Below are positions 47,794 through 61,422 of a stretch of DNA of 64,000 bases, piece after piece. Positions within the stretch are counted from its first letter, which is position 1. Every line of letters starts with the position of its first letter. Source of the stretch: Mobula hypostoma (lineage: Eukaryota). The stretch lies in the NCBI RefSeq assembly GCF_963921235.1, contig NC_086106.1, positions 53,072,001-53,136,000 of the forward strand, given 5' to 3'. The notes beneath the pieces are model-generated. The model saw nothing but the letters and a program-made list of their open reading frames with translations, searched no databases and was not told the DNA's origin. The position numbers and the translations under genes are program-made.

Positions 47794-49333
47794 CTGTGCC
47801 TTGAAAAAATATTCAGCTGCAAATATTTTCACATCTTACTGTTACTAAATTTTAAAATATATTGTAGTAGGATTTTTGAGCTCATCTACAGAATGTGCAT
47901 GATGTCAAATCAAAAAAAATTCCAAAACCTGTCAACAATTTACTAAAAATTAAAAGCCAAAATTGTGAGGCTGAAAAGATATTCATCCCCTTTGTAATTA
48001 CTGTGCTCAGTTATCTCAGGTGCAATAGTGTATATTACCTTACCAACTCAACCAATATGTTGATGTAGAAAATTGGAGGATCGCCTGTTTTCAATTAATT
48101 CGTAAGACTAAATACCCCAAACCAAAATGAAAAGAGCACTCATGTCCAGTTGGGGAAATGATAATGGAAAAGCACAGTTCTGGGGAAGAATACAAGACCA
48201 TCTCAGAGACACTGAACATACCTCAGAATTCAATGCAGTCCCGTGTAAAAAAGGTAGAAAAAGGTATAAAATCACAGCCTTACTGCCTAGAACAGGCCGC
48301 CCTTCTAAACTTAGTCGCCAGAGGAGAATGGCACTTGTAAGACAAACTACTGTGTCACCAACATTAACTCTAAATAAGCTGCAGAAGTCAGTGGCTGCAA
48401 CTGGAGGTGAAGTTAATGGCTCCACAATCTCTAAGCCCTTGCACAAAAAGGGTATTTATGGAAGAGTGGCAAGGAAAAAGCCCTGGATCAAAAAAGGCAT
48501 ATCCTTTGTGAAGCATCTTTTAGAAGATGCTGTAAAGATGGAGAAGAAGGTCTTGTGGTCAGATGAAACTGAAGTAGAACCTTTTGGCCTTAACACTAGC
48601 GATACATGTGGCATATATCTAATACTCCATATCAACGAGGTAACACTTTCTCTCATGTAAAGTGGGGTGGAGATAGCAAAATGCTATGGGGATGCTTGTC
48701 AGCAGCAGGGACTGGAAGTCTGCTCAGGATTGATGGGAAGATGTATGCTGCTAAGTACAGAAATCTTGGATAAAGACCTAAAAGCCTCTGCCAGAAAGCT
48801 TAAGCTGGCGAGGAAGTTCGTCTTTCAGCATGACAACGACCCAAAGCACTCCATTGGGTTCAAATGGGAAGAAAAATTATGTCCTTGAGTGGCCCAGTCA
48901 GGATCCTAACCTTAACCCAATTGAACATCTCTGGTAAGACCTCAAGATTGCTGTCTGCTGTCACTCCCCAACTAATCTGGCACAGCTTGAGCAATTTTGT
49001 AAGGAGGAATGGGAAAATCTTGCTGCATCACATTGTGCAAAGCTTAATAGAGACTTATCAAGAAAGCCTGTTGGCTGTAATAGTTGCGAGAGGTTGTTCA
49101 ACTAAATACTGAGCAAAGGGGATGAATACTTTTGAATTGACATTTCATTTTTGAAATTTTGGTTTTCATGCTTTACAATTTTCCCTATTTTTTGCATTCT
49201 ACTGTTTTTTTAAAAAAAAGGGAGCATGTGATTCACAAATAAAAAATCTTAGTTAAATTGCACAAAATCCCTGGTTGTAATACTCATTTATGTGAACAAA
49301 GGGTTGGGGGCTGAATAGTTTTACATGGCACAG
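47794..49333 (+). mobile_element. Full-length Tc1/mariner transposon (second family), inactivated
   Basis: Left TA, right CA (probably a mutated TA). About 24-bp TIR CTGTGCC....AAAA.TATTCAGC. Peptides GRPSKL, GRVARKKP, VLWSDET, FQHDNDPKH and NPIEHL, with frameshifts. Confidence 0.93.
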
Positions 49334-49959
49334 CATAGGGGATTCAGTCAGAATCCCATTTCTCCTAGCAGCAAGAGTCTTGCAATGCTTCTTGGTTGCT
49401 AAAGGAAAGGAAATTGTTAAGAAGGAGAATATTCTGTGGAAGGGAAGGAACATATATAGGTACCAATTACAGTCCAACAGTCCAACTCCTGCAATCCTGC
49501 TTTTGGGAGAAAGTGAAGAGGTTTAAGGATAGCATTTCAAAGATGATTATGTCTGGTGCTGTGTGCCAGCAAGAATAGAAATAGGAAGATCAAACATTAT
49601 AATATGTTAAAGACAGTGCTGATGAGGGGTGATCAAATTAGCACATTGGGACCAATTCTTGCAGGAGATACCTATTCAGGTGGATGGGTAATTCCCTAAC
49701 CAAGTAGGGACCAATGTCCAAAAAGGTAGGTTCACCTTAGTATGCTTGGAGTAAGTTCACTCTAAATTGACAGAGATCCTGAAACCAACACACAGCAAAA
49801 GAGCAATAGCATGCAAAATAGGAATGGGTATTACAGAATAGCGAAGAGATTATACAGCAGAAGGAGGTAATTCAATCTGGTGAGTCTATATGTAAGAACA
49901 ATTAAACTAGGCCCATTCCCTTGTCCTTCCCCCAGAGCAAAATCTTCTTTTGAGATATT

Positions 49960-51050
49960 TATAACGTCAGGGCAGTACAACACAGATACAGACCCTTTAC
50001 CCCAATGAATCCATACTAACCACAGTACTCACCCAGCTAGTTACAGTTTCTAGTATTTGGCCCATAGCTCTTCGACTGCTACCCCTTCACATACCTATCC
50101 AAATGCTTCTTTATAATACTATTGTAACTGCTTCATTCACTTTTTCTGGCAGCTCATTCAATATATGCTCATCACCCTCTATGTGAAAAAGTTGACCCTC
50201 AGGTACCTTTTAATTCCACCTTATCTATGCTTCTCATTATAAACATTTCCTTATAGCTCAGACACTGTAGTCCTTGCAACATCCTAGTAAGTCATTTCTG
50301 CACCTTTTCCAGTTTAATCACATCTTTCCTACAACAGGATGATCAAAACTGTACAATATTCAAAGTGCAGCCTCACCAATAACTTAGATGTTAGTAGTTT
50401 GGTTGTCACTACTGTCAGTCATGCAAGTTCCATGTAGAGACTCAGGAATGCCATCACACTGTAGAAGGATTCTTTATTGCTGTTTCTGTAACAGTTTTGT
50501 TTTTACCAGTCAGGGTTGTTAGCCCTGAGCTAAAGCCTCCAAACCTGGAGGACTGGTGGACCACTCAGTCTGGCCTCTATCCATTGACCTGTTTGGCATA
50601 GGTAACCCTACCAAACGCTAAAGCATAAAGCCCTGACACCAGCCAACATAGCTCTCTGGGTTATTGAGGCATGCAAGCTTCCTAACCCTACGAGACTGTT
50701 GCGGTCTTCTTGGAGGAATTTCATCTCTAGCCTCTGATAAAGTCCAAGGATGCACTTGATCAGGCTCTGGACATTTATACACCATCATCTACAAATACCT
50801 CCTCCTTGGTAGTATGAATTTCTTCCAAAACACCTCGACTGGTTTCTCTTATCTCTTGGTGCAGCCATGATTTTTTTCTTCAGTAAATACTGAGGAGAAA
50901 TATTAAAGATCCCACCCATCTCCTGTGGCTCAAGACATAGACAGTCATGTTGAGTTCTAATGGGGACCTATTCTCTCCCTAGCCAACATTTTACTTTCCT
51001 TATAATTATTGAAACTCTTAACCATAGCTGCCAGGTCCATCTCATACAGA
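49960..51050 (-). mobile_element. Decayed CR1 fragments with an embedded RTE-like short element (about 50480-50720)
   Basis: CR1 3' end on the minus strand (ccctctatgtgaaaaagttg, aagtgcagcctcacc). The insert cagggttgttagccctgagct..aacctggagga resembles an RTE 5' region. Confidence 0.55.
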
Positions 51051-51699
51051 TTAACTAGGCTTTACCACCCCTTTCATCTGGCATTGTCCTTCAGAGTTTC
51101 TGCTGTCCACCAAGTCACAATTGTTCTCTCCCCCTTTTTCATGACATATGTCAGTGTTATTAAACCAGATTCATATTCCCTATTCTCTGAAGTTTAAAAT
51201 TATGCTTGATTTCCAGACTATATTAACTTTAAATATTAACTCAGGTACCCTCCCTGCAAGTGCTGCCTAAGGTGATGAGTATTTCCAACATTTTGTGTTT
51301 TCATTTCCAGTTTTCAGCATCAGCTATTTCTTTTTTTGCTTTTTAGAGAAATCTGGCCTGTCCTGAGCATAAAAAGATTCTTTCTAATCAATACTGTCCT
51401 ACCTTTAACTACTTGAATTATGTATGTGGCTATAGAGTCCCTAAGAGTGTCAAACATTTTAAGTCTCTTAGAGAGGTCCATTTAGTTTGAACTGAAACCA
51501 TTTAATCATTGAAGAAGTTTGGGGTGGGATGGGGTTACAGTAAAGATGGAACATAAACAGTATAGTACTAGACAGGATGTTTGGCCCATGATATGCCGAT
51601 CTTGATACCAATTTATACTAAATTACCTTATCATCAATATTCCTACATTCTGTTCATATTCATTTGTCTATCAAATCCTGCTTCTTGTGTAATTTATCA

Positions 51700-52185
51700 T
51701 TTTTATAAATTCACAAATGGAAAAATAGATCATAGTAGCTTGTTCCCTCTTTACCCCATATCTCTGCTACTGACTACACATCAGCCCCTATCACCATATT
51801 TTCCGTTCCTCCACCTACAGCACCAGTCCATCACCAACACACTCCTTGCATTAGATCCCCTTCTCATCCCTCCACTTGCCTTATTTGGTTCCATGCTCTA
51901 CTTTCCTCTCCTGTCAGATTCCATCATTCAGATGCTTTATTGCCTTCACCTATTCCCATATTTGTCATATTTCCACCCTTCCCTCCTCCATCTGCCAATT
52001 ATCCCTCCTTAACTGGGTCCAGTTATTGCTTGCCAGTTCTTGTTCCTCTCCTTCCCTTCACCTCTTTATACTGGCTATCTCCCCTCTATCTTCCAGTCCA
52101 AATGCTGCCTGACCCACTGAGTTCCTCAAGCAGTTTGTTAGTTTGTTTCTTCAGGTTCCAGTATCTGCAGCCTCTTACGTCTCCA
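51700..52185 (+). mobile_element. Old Penelope terminal-region fragment
   Basis: Pyrimidine-rich tract, tcctgtcagattcc, ttccagtcc and atgctgcctgacccactgagttcctc, as in the other PLE ends. Confidence 0.6.
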
Positions 52186-52499
52186 AAAACAGGTCATGTT
52201 GAATATCATCCCTTCCTTAAAATGAATTTTATAAATACACTATGTCTTATCATAGGAGACATATATTACAGAGCATTTGTCAAAGTAGTTATTAAAAATA
52301 AACTCATTAGATGGCACTTCACATAGACAAATGTGAAAGCTTATAAATTACTTTGCAAGTTTTTTTTATTCTCACTATTTTTCAGTTCTTGAGCATTTGA
52401 AGAGATTTCAATATTTATTGTTAGAATGGAAAGAAGGTAGACGGATGCCATAAATAACACTGACATTACAGGCAGAGACTTCATATAGTATGAAATTGA

Positions 52500-53985
52500 A
52501 AGACATTCAATATAGATAACCAGGGCATTGGGGAAATCTTTTCAGAACAAGCAGCAGATAACTAAATACATTTTAAAAAGAAAAAAAGACGAAGTATGCA
52601 AGGAAGCCAGAAAGGAAAGTAGAAAGAAATTTAAAAATAAACACTAAGAACTTTTGCTAGGATATAAAAAGGAAGATAGCAACTAAAGTGAACTTTTATA
52701 CCTTGGAGAAAAGATGGGGCAATTGATGTGAAACGGCAAAAATTCTAAATTGTGTGATTTATCTTCTGTAGAAGACACAAAACATTTGATAGGTTATCAA
52801 GGGCCTATGGGAAGGTAGGAAATTGAAATGATTCTTTCTTAGCTCATGATGGAGATTTAGGTAAACTCATGGGACAAAAGGCTGAACATTTTTTTGAATC
52901 CACCAGCCTGTATCCAGGGTTTTAAAAGAAATATTGCAGAAATAAGAGGATGCATTGATTGTACTCTGGTAAAATGTCTCTCAAAAACTGCAAGTGTAAC
53001 ACCATCATTCCACGAATGTGGAAGCAAGGCACAAAACTGCAGGTCACTTAAACAGACAACTGTCATTTGGAAAATACTGGAATCCATTACTAAAAATGTA
53101 ATATAGGATATCTAGAAAATCCAATCAAATAAAGCTTTATTGTTTTATAACAGAAATCATGCATGACAAAATTTGCTAGGGTTAACTGAGGACATAACAA
53201 GAAGGATGGCAGTTAAAGGGGAGCCAGTGAGTATGTGTATTTAGATTTCCAGGAATCAATTAATAATTGGTCACATGAGAAGTCAATGTGCAAGATAGAA
53301 TTGTATGGGCTTAGGGATGATATGGTGATTTGGATAAGGAAATGACTAAGTAACAGAAAACATACTCAGTATAATTGGGTAATTTTCCATTGGCAATCAT
53401 GAACTAGTGTGGTGCAACAGTAATCAGAGTGAGGCCTCCTTTATTTACAATTAACATTAACGTCTTGTATAAGGGGACTGAATGCAAACCTAGAAGAATT
53501 TGCTGATGGTACAAGAACAACTGGGTTGCCAACTTGTGAGAAAGGCATAGGGAGCCTGTTAAAGGATATAAATAGATTAAGTTAGTGGGCAAGTTGTCAG
53601 ATGAAAAATTGTAATTTCCACTTGGGAAGAAAGAATTTGAAAAACATTTAAACAATGAGACCAAAAAAGTTGATGCACAGAAAGACTTAAAGAAATCCTG
53701 GTATATGAAACACAAAATAGTATGCTGGTAAAACAGGTGATTAGAAAGTAATGGAGTATCGGTATTTATTGGGGGGGGTAGGGGAAGTATGAATTATACA
53801 CACAGGGAAGTTCTGATGCAGCTTGACAGGGTGCTGGGAAGACCTCATCTGGAGCAGTATATAAAGTTTTGATCTCCATACTGAAGAAAAAATATATATG
53901 CATAGTGGCTGTGCAAGATTGATTCCTGAAATGAAAGGTTTGTAGAATGAAGAAAGGTTAAGCAGGCTGGACCTACACTCATTGC
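52500..53985 (+). mobile_element. Highly decayed CR1 relic
   Basis: gtgtatttagatttccagg, tttgctgatggtacaag and gaagaaaggttaagcaggctggacctacactc, in collinear order. Confidence 0.6.
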
Positions 53986-53989
53986 TCAC

Positions 53990-54275
53990 TCCTGACCTCC
54001 GGACTTACCTGTGTGGAATTTGCACATTCTCTCTGTAATCCTGTTGATCTCACCAGATACAGCAGTTTCCAAGCTATGTGCTAGTTGGTAGATTAATTGG
54101 TTACTTTAAATTGACCCAAACATGATTGGTTGAAGGAAAACCAGAATAAAATTGGTGGGCAAGTGAAAGAAAATAGGTTATAAGAAACTGAGTTGTGGAA
54201 TTGAATGGGTGTGATTGTTTTGAGGGCTGCCATAGCCTTGATGGGCCAAATAGGTGCCTCCTATGTCATAAGAAA
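53990..54275 (+). mobile_element. Decayed V-SINE
   Basis: tgtgtggaatttgcacattctctctgt...ggtagattaattggttactttaaattgaccc, then a CR1-like tail. Confidence 0.55.
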
Positions 54276-54771
54276 ACGTGATTTACAGCTTTTGTAATTA
54301 GAATGTCATGCTGAAGATGAAGAGTCCTTCAAGTATTAAAGGAACATTACTAAGACAAATTTTTCACTGCTACAGTAGAGTACAAATTATTGTCTTTTTT
54401 AAAAATCTTCTACCTTATTACCATAATTTCAGAAGAAAATGCTAAGTGTTTGAAATGTGTTTTTTTTTAACAAAAACAGTGAAATAACCAACCATAGGTG
54501 TAAGTAGCCTGGAGAGCTATATACCACATGGGACACATGGGATATGAAAAGGATCTATAATGAATGAAATATGTAGTTATGAAAAGTAATAGCTATGTGT
54601 ATTGTCGGTATTGACATTAACAGTTAGGTATTTCTCTATAATTATAAATTATTGTAAACTAAAATGCCTCCACAATCAATACTGATAATGGCACAACAAT
54701 TTTCAATAAAACTTTACAATGATGAGCATTTTTGTAACATTTCATAACCATTTCTCATTTCTTTACAACAG

Positions 54772-54885
54772 CCACTGTGGAATGCTACAATCCAAGAACC
54801 AATGAATGGAATTATGTGGCCAAAATGAATGAACCTCATTATGGACATGCTGGGACTGTTTATGGCAGCTACATGTATATTTCAG
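54772..54885 (+). CDS. KLHL13: KLHL13 coding exon (Kelch repeat, 114 bp)
   Basis: caacAG acceptor and TCAG|gtagtt donor. Translates (A)[37 protein letters not shown](G), phase 1 at both ends. The terminal exon was not found downstream in this window. Confidence 0.95.
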
Positions 54886-55261
54886 GTAGTTAATAGCTCC
54901 AGTTACTATTTGGGAGACTTTTAGCAAACATAATTAATGAATCTTCAATGTTTCTTGACCTCCATAAATCAATATAGAATGTAGACTTCCAATATAATTT
55001 CACTCTGCTGTGTCACAAATTTGCATATTTGTACCACTTGCCTGGTTTTGAGAGCTCCCACCGATAGACCTCATTCTTTTTGAGTTTGTGTAAATATAGC
55101 CAATAGCTCAGTGAATGCAGCGAGATCCCAGAATAGAAAAGACAATTGTCACTGTGCTCCAAGTTACTGGAGTAAATCATGAATACCATATAACCACCTT
55201 GGCAATAGTAAGAGGATTGAAGGTGTGCTCTATCAGACCAAAACTCAGGCTTTGTCAAATA

Positions 55262-56107
55262 CAGGTGTGCGCTGCTTAACGTCCATTTGGACAATGTCCG
55301 ATTGCATTTACGTCCGTAGTCCCGATTGGAGAATGTGACGTAGCGGACGTAACCAATCTCGTGTATCACGCGTCTCTTGAGTGTAGCAGCGTTATCGCTC
55401 TGTTTAATTTTCTTTTGAAAATATTACCGTAAAGTGCATCAGGGCTTCCAAATACAGCAAAACCACTCCTAGTGATAGCAGCAGCAAGAGGCAAAGGAAA
55501 ACTATTGATTTGGAAGTGAAACAAAAGGTTATTAAACAATATGAAGGTGGAAAACCAGTGAATGCTATTGCTCGGGATTTAGGCACGTCGCACTCGACAA
55601 TCAAAACGATCCTGAAAAACAAAGAAAAAATTCTCAAAGCTGTTAAAGGATCGGCTTCACTGAAAACTACAAGGCTCACGAAAATGCGAGAGGAACCTAT
55701 ATCGGATATGGAGAATTTGCTAATGACATGGATTGAGGACCAAACACAAAAGAGAATCCCTCTCAGCATGTTGATGATCACTGCTAAGGCACAGAACTTG
55801 TTCGAAATGCTTGAAGAAAAAGCAGGACCAGACTACGATATCGATAAATTGTGTGTGATAAAGGCTAAGAAAGTGTTTACATAGAAGTTTAAAAAGTGGA
55901 AAAAAATTAAAGTTTAAAATGAAATAAAAAATTATAATGTGCAGTATACAGTTTTAGTGTAAGTTCTTGGCTATTTAGTCAATAAAGGTACACTACAGTA
56001 CTCCATATAGGTTTGCTAAGTATACAATATGGTGTTCGCACAACGTCCAAATCACATAACGTCCAATTTCACAGAACATATCGTTGATGTTAAGCGACAC
56101 ATACCTG
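55262..56107 (+). mobile_element. Internally deleted Tigger/pogo DNA transposon
   Basis: TA TSD (55260-55261, 56108-56109). 22-bp TIR CAGGTRTGYGYYGCTTAACRTC. Open frame 55441-55884 encodes CENP-B-type HTH domains (KRQRKTIDLEVK..IARDLGTSHSTIKTILKNK..MENLLMTWIEDQ) with no DDD catalytic domain. Confidence 0.9.
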
Positions 56108-56419
56108 TAGTAGTGTATTTGTTTGAATAGATCTCCATTAATTAGTACAAAGGACTTAGATTTTTGTTGAAACAATAAAAAAAAATTATTATGCTCTCCT
56201 GACATGTTATCACAGGTTTGCACATTGCTATGTGGTGTGATATTGAAGTCAGTAGTCGTGCTGAGTTCATGAATATACTGTAAAATTTGTAATCTTCATG
56301 CTTTCTGTCCTACGTACCTGAGTCAGCTTTCATTTCAGATGTATTTGTCAGTAAGATCTACAACTTCATGATAGTCTGAATGTCTTTCATGCTGAATTTG
56401 ATGCATGGAGTGATGTGCT

Positions 56420-57755
56420 GGTGAGGAAGGGCTCACAACCCTGAGGAGCAGGCAGTCAGTCTGGCCATAGCTGATGTGAGGCAGATCCTAGCCGGGATCA
56501 AACCAAGTAAACCTACAGGGCCTGATAACGTACCAATCGGGTGCTGAGGGACTGAGGGTCTAACAGACATCTTCAACATCTCTCTGGAACAGTCCCCTGT
56601 CCCCACAGGCTTCAAGGCAACCACCATCATCCATCACCACAGTAATCTGACTCAACGACTGCTGCCCAGTGGCACTGACCTCAACAATAATGAAGTGCTT
56701 TGATCACATTAGATCCCGTCTTTCTGTTACTTTGGACTATTAGGATCGGAAACAGCTTCTTCCCCCAGCCTGTGAAACTATTGAATTCTCTGCTTTGAGC
56801 GGCTGGTTATGAATTGCATTAAGTCCCATCTTGCTGATACATTAGATATTTTCCAGTTCGCTTTACAGTCAAATTGGTCCACTGATGATGCCATTGTTTC
56901 TGCACTCCACTCCAGCCTGTCCCACCCAGAAAATGGTGCTTCATGTGCCAGGATGCTGTTTATGGACTTTAGCTCGACTTCATCCCTCTAAAGCTGATTG
57001 GTATACTGCCCTTGGTGGGTCTCAACAGCTCTCTCTGTAACTGGATCCTGGACTTCTTGACAGAAAGACTACAGTTAGTCTGTGTTGGCAGAAACATCTT
57101 GAGTTCTCAAGCTCAATCACACTGAACACTGCTGCTCCCTGGGGCTGCATGCTTTCCCCACTGCTGTTCATGATGTTGACAGATGCTGCTGAATCCTGTT
57201 CAAACCAAATCATCTATTTCACTGATGACACAACTTGGTTGGCCCCATCAGGATTGACTTCAATGACACAAATCTACTGGGCCATGCCAGTGGGTTTCGG
57301 GATCACCTGATGAAGGAAGCCATTGAAATAAAATGAGAGTGTAAGAACTTTAACAAAGATGAAAGCCACACTCTAAGTAAGCACTAGAATATGATTTTAA
57401 ACAAGGTGGGACAGCAAAAATCTGATTGGTTGAGTATTAACCAATTAGGAGGGACGGATAATGAGAGTTGTGTATATATACCACCAGGCTAGATGTGCCT
57501 AGGCATCATCCATGATGAAGATGCAGATTGGCATTGAAACCGTGGTTAAAATTGATACATGTACCCAGCTGGAAGCCCAAGAAGAGTTTATACGTCATAT
57601 ACACTGAGAAAGCACTAGATTCTTTTCGATAATATTACTTTACGTGTTATGTGTGTGAGTTATATGTACTGTGTGCACCGTGGTCTGGAAAAAATGTTTC
57701 ATTTGATTGTATACATGTGTACAGTTGAATGACAAGAAACTGACTTGAACTTTAA
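56420..57755 (+). mobile_element. Rearranged Rex1-type LINE fragment(s)
   Basis: GPDNVP, PVALTSTIMKCF, QFALQSNWSTDDAI and MLFMDFSS, then a 3' UTR ending gacttgaactt. Confidence 0.8.
57252..57628 (+). mobile_element. Second Penelope-like family 3' fragment nested in Rex1
   Basis: Translates IDFNDTNLLGHASGFRDHLMKEAIEIK*..NFNKDE (GIY-YIG C-terminal KEAIEI/N motif), followed by tgatgaagatgc..gcattgaaac. Confidence 0.7.
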
Positions 57756-59299
57756 CTTATGACTTTATATGGTTATCAATGTTTGATTCTACATTCCTCT
57801 CCACCTGCACAGCTGCAGTGGCTGAAGTTTGCATCTAATCAAGATTCAAATAAACAATAAGTAAATGACTTGATATTCTGAGACTAAATATATTTAATTT
57901 TTGATATATTAAATCTGCCTTTCTTCAACGGTTACGAGTAACCTAAAATGTTGTCTGTTTCTCTCTGTGCAGATGCTGCCTGTCCGGAGTACTTACAGCA
58001 TTTTCTGTTTTTATTTTTTCAACAAGAATGTGTAACTTTATATGTTAATGAATTTATCATCTCTTATCCAATATTTGGCTCTCATGAGCATTACTGGAAC
58101 ATTTTTTATATTCATGACAGCCATATTTCCTGCATTACAACAATCTTTACTTTAAAAGTACTTTTTTGACTTTGAAGTGATTTCAGATTACCTTTGCTTG
58201 TGAAAGATGTCATGTAAGTGCTGATGTCAGGCCACTATTTTTATGTTTTTGTTTCAATCCAATCATTTTATATCTATTAAGGAAGGGAAACTAAAGTATG
58301 AATATGGCCACTCAATTCATAAGGTGTGTTCTGTATTAAAGCATTTTCCTTTTTACGTCAACAATTCAAACCTTAAGTTCCTAAACAAATAATATTATTA
58401 AGTTTGTCGTTCCAGAAAACTGATCTGTCCATTTTAAGACACTGTAGCCACCACATTTGCCAGTTTCCTTTTTCTGCAAGAAAGTTAGCATACTAAACAT
58501 TAGTTATTCACTATTTGAATTGATCTGAAATTTCTCTGTAGTGTTAGCACCTTTGCAATCTGATTTAGTTTATTCAAGATTTAAGTACATTTATTATCAA
58601 AGAATGTATAAATTATGCAACCTTGAGATTTGCTTGCTTTATTTATCAAAGTTTGGCAGCGTTGACCTTGGTCCTATTTGATGGAGCTTTATTGGTCTCA
58701 TTTCAGGACAATGTCTTCTTCTTCCATGTGAGAAGTCAAGCACATTGATAATTCCTATGATTTCTGGGATTAAGGATGTGAATAGAACATTCAGCTTTCT
58801 TCTCTCTAACACAGGTTTAGATCGGACTGATGTCCAGCCTAGGATTTCAAATGTGTTTCCACAGTATATAGTTATCAAAATTTTTACCTGGCTCCCACTT
58901 ACACCATCCATGGTTTGGCCCTTTTGAGCAGATGTGAAATCAACTTCAGGATTTTTGTTGGTAACTCATTTGATGGCTTTACATCCATCTTGGAGTTTTC
59001 CCAGACAACTGTGTGGACTTGTTTGTCTTTTTGATACCTTGATTTTTTTTTAAACACATTATTGCTTTTTACAGAAATGGGTAACCAATACTCTCTTATT
59101 TCAGCCTGTTTCAGCATTCAACTAAGCAATGGCCTTAAGGCGATGAATTAGTAGGAACAACATACCACTTAGATTTTTGACAACTCAGAACTTTATTAAT
59201 CTATTTAAAAGCTAGCGATTATTCCCCAGTCTCTACCATCTTTTGAAAGAAAATGGTACAAATTTCTACTGACCTCTGTATTTAGAAGTACTTCCTGAT

Positions 59300-60045
59300 T
59301 TCATTATCAATTGTTAGGAATTTGCAGCAATCCATGAATAAGGAAGGAAGGTCAAGTTTAAGAAATGTGAGGATACAATCTGTAAAATAATGAAGGGGCA
59401 GGAATATATTTGATACACTACATGTTAACAATAATTGCATTAGGTAACGGAACATGAGATTAAAATTATGCAATATTGTTATATCTGAGCAGAGGATTGG
59501 TTAGCAACAAATCAAAGCTAGTGATAATCAGGACATTAACTGTCTTCCCATTTGTAACGAACTAGTCAGCTGACTTGGGGAATGTGTACAGCAGCCTCAG
59601 TTGTTTGCAGTCTACATTAATAACTGGGATGAAGAGGTAAGTGTAAACAGTTTGATGACACAAAGATAAGTGGAAAATAATCAGTTGTGAGGGTTTGTAA
59701 AGTTCCCAGAACGATGCAACAGCTTCATCAGTGGCTGAAACATTGGAAATGAGTGTACTGAGGGGAAATGCAAGGTTAATCACTTTGATAAGTATTTTTA
59801 AAAAACAGTTAGGTTATTACATGCTGGAGTTCAGAGACATCTGCATGTTCTTATAAAAGCAAAATGTTTATGGTAAGGGTACAGCAAACAATTAAGGTAA
59901 ATAGAATGCTAATCTGTCATTTCAAGGAGGCTGCAATGCAGGACCAGGAAGTCTGGCCCAGCTAACTGTGTTTGCTGAAACCACACCTGACGCACTAGAG
60001 TTTGCAATCCTTATTTAAGGAAAACAATATTTAACTTGGATACAG
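59300..60045 (+). mobile_element. Highly decayed CR1 relic
   Basis: tgatgacacaaagataagtgg, gggaaatgcaaggttaatcactttg, cagagacatctgcatg and ccttatttaaggaa, collinear with CR1 RT. Confidence 0.55.
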
Positions 60046-60339
60046 TGCACAGTCACCAGCTCAATCACGCAATCTTTATGCATATCCTCCTGATGAATCA
60101 CTTCTCCTTTTTATCAGTTGCTTTGATTACTGGTTGCTAGGTGTAATAACGAAAATGTTACCCAATTTTGTAGCCGACATATAGCAATTTCCAGACAACA
60201 ATACTTCATGGAATCAGGTGAATCGAGCTTCGTCTGATTCCTGTATATGATGATGGGATCAGTTGGGTGGGGTTTTGAGGATCAGTACTAGACGGGAGAT
60301 CAGAGTGGTGGAGAAGAGACCGGTTTAACACGATCATTT

Positions 60340-61422
60340 TTCAGAGGTTGCTGAGTAAATCATCCTCATTGGAACTCAACATCCCTCTCTTTAACTGGAT
60401 CTTGGACTTCTTAACAGAACGATCTCAGTCAGTCCGAGTTGGCAACAGTATCTCATCTCCATGGAGCTGAGCACTGGTACCACCCAGTGGTATGTCCTCA
60501 GTCTACTGCTGAGTCACGACTGCACTACCAGATTCAGCTCAAATCACATCATCAAGATAACTGATGATAGAACAGTTTCTCATCAGCAACTATGATAACT
60601 TGGCATACAGAGAGGAGTAGAGAGGCTTGTTGAATGGTGTGAGAACAACACCCTAAACCTCAATGTGGACAAGACAAAAGAGGTAATTGTTGACTTCAGG
60701 AAGGCACAGATCCACTACTCTCCATTGCATATCAATGGCTCTGCTGCAGAGAGAGTGAAAAGCACAAAATTCCTTGGTGTGCACATAACCAACAATCTAA
60801 TCTGAACCCACAACACTTCCCAATAGTCAAGAAGGTACAGTAGCAGCTACGCTTTTTGAGGAGATTGAAGCGTGCAAGATTCCTCACCCCCGTTCTAATA
60901 ACTTTCTACTGGAACACCATTGAGAGCGTTCTGGCTGGCTGCATCATTGTGTGGGACAGAAGCTGCAAGTCATCAGGTCGCAAGATCCTACACAGGATAG
61001 TAAAAACTACTGAGAGGATCATTGGAGTCTCCCTCCCCTCCTACTTGTGACATTTACCAGGAGCGTTGCAGATGAAGGACCAAAAGTATTGTTCAGAATC
61101 ACCACCACCTATCCCACAATCTTGATCCACTACCATCAGGACTAGGGCTGTCAGACGGGGTAACAGCTTCTTCCCTCAGGCTGTGAGACTAATGAATACC
61201 CTGCCACCACTGAGAACTTGTCATTAGGTCAGCATGCTGTTTATTGTATACTGTACTGTTTACCTGTGCTGCATGCATTTTCAATAATGTTTTGTTAACT
61301 ATTTATGGGAATACTTTGGTGTATGTGCTGTGCGTGTTAAGTGTTTTGTGGGTGCACCGCGGCTGGAGGAACATTCTTTCATTTGGTTATATATGTCAAG
61401 TCAGAAGACAATAAACTTGAAT
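60340..61422 (+). mobile_element. Rex1-type LINE RT/3' fragment
   Basis: [47 protein letters not shown] and NSFFPQAVRLMN, then aataaacttgaa. Confidence 0.88.

Noticed and set aside
17686-54885. Calling the gene KLHL9
   Set aside because: KLHL9 is an intronless mammalian paralog. This gene has introns and the SLVEEED exon typical of KLHL13.
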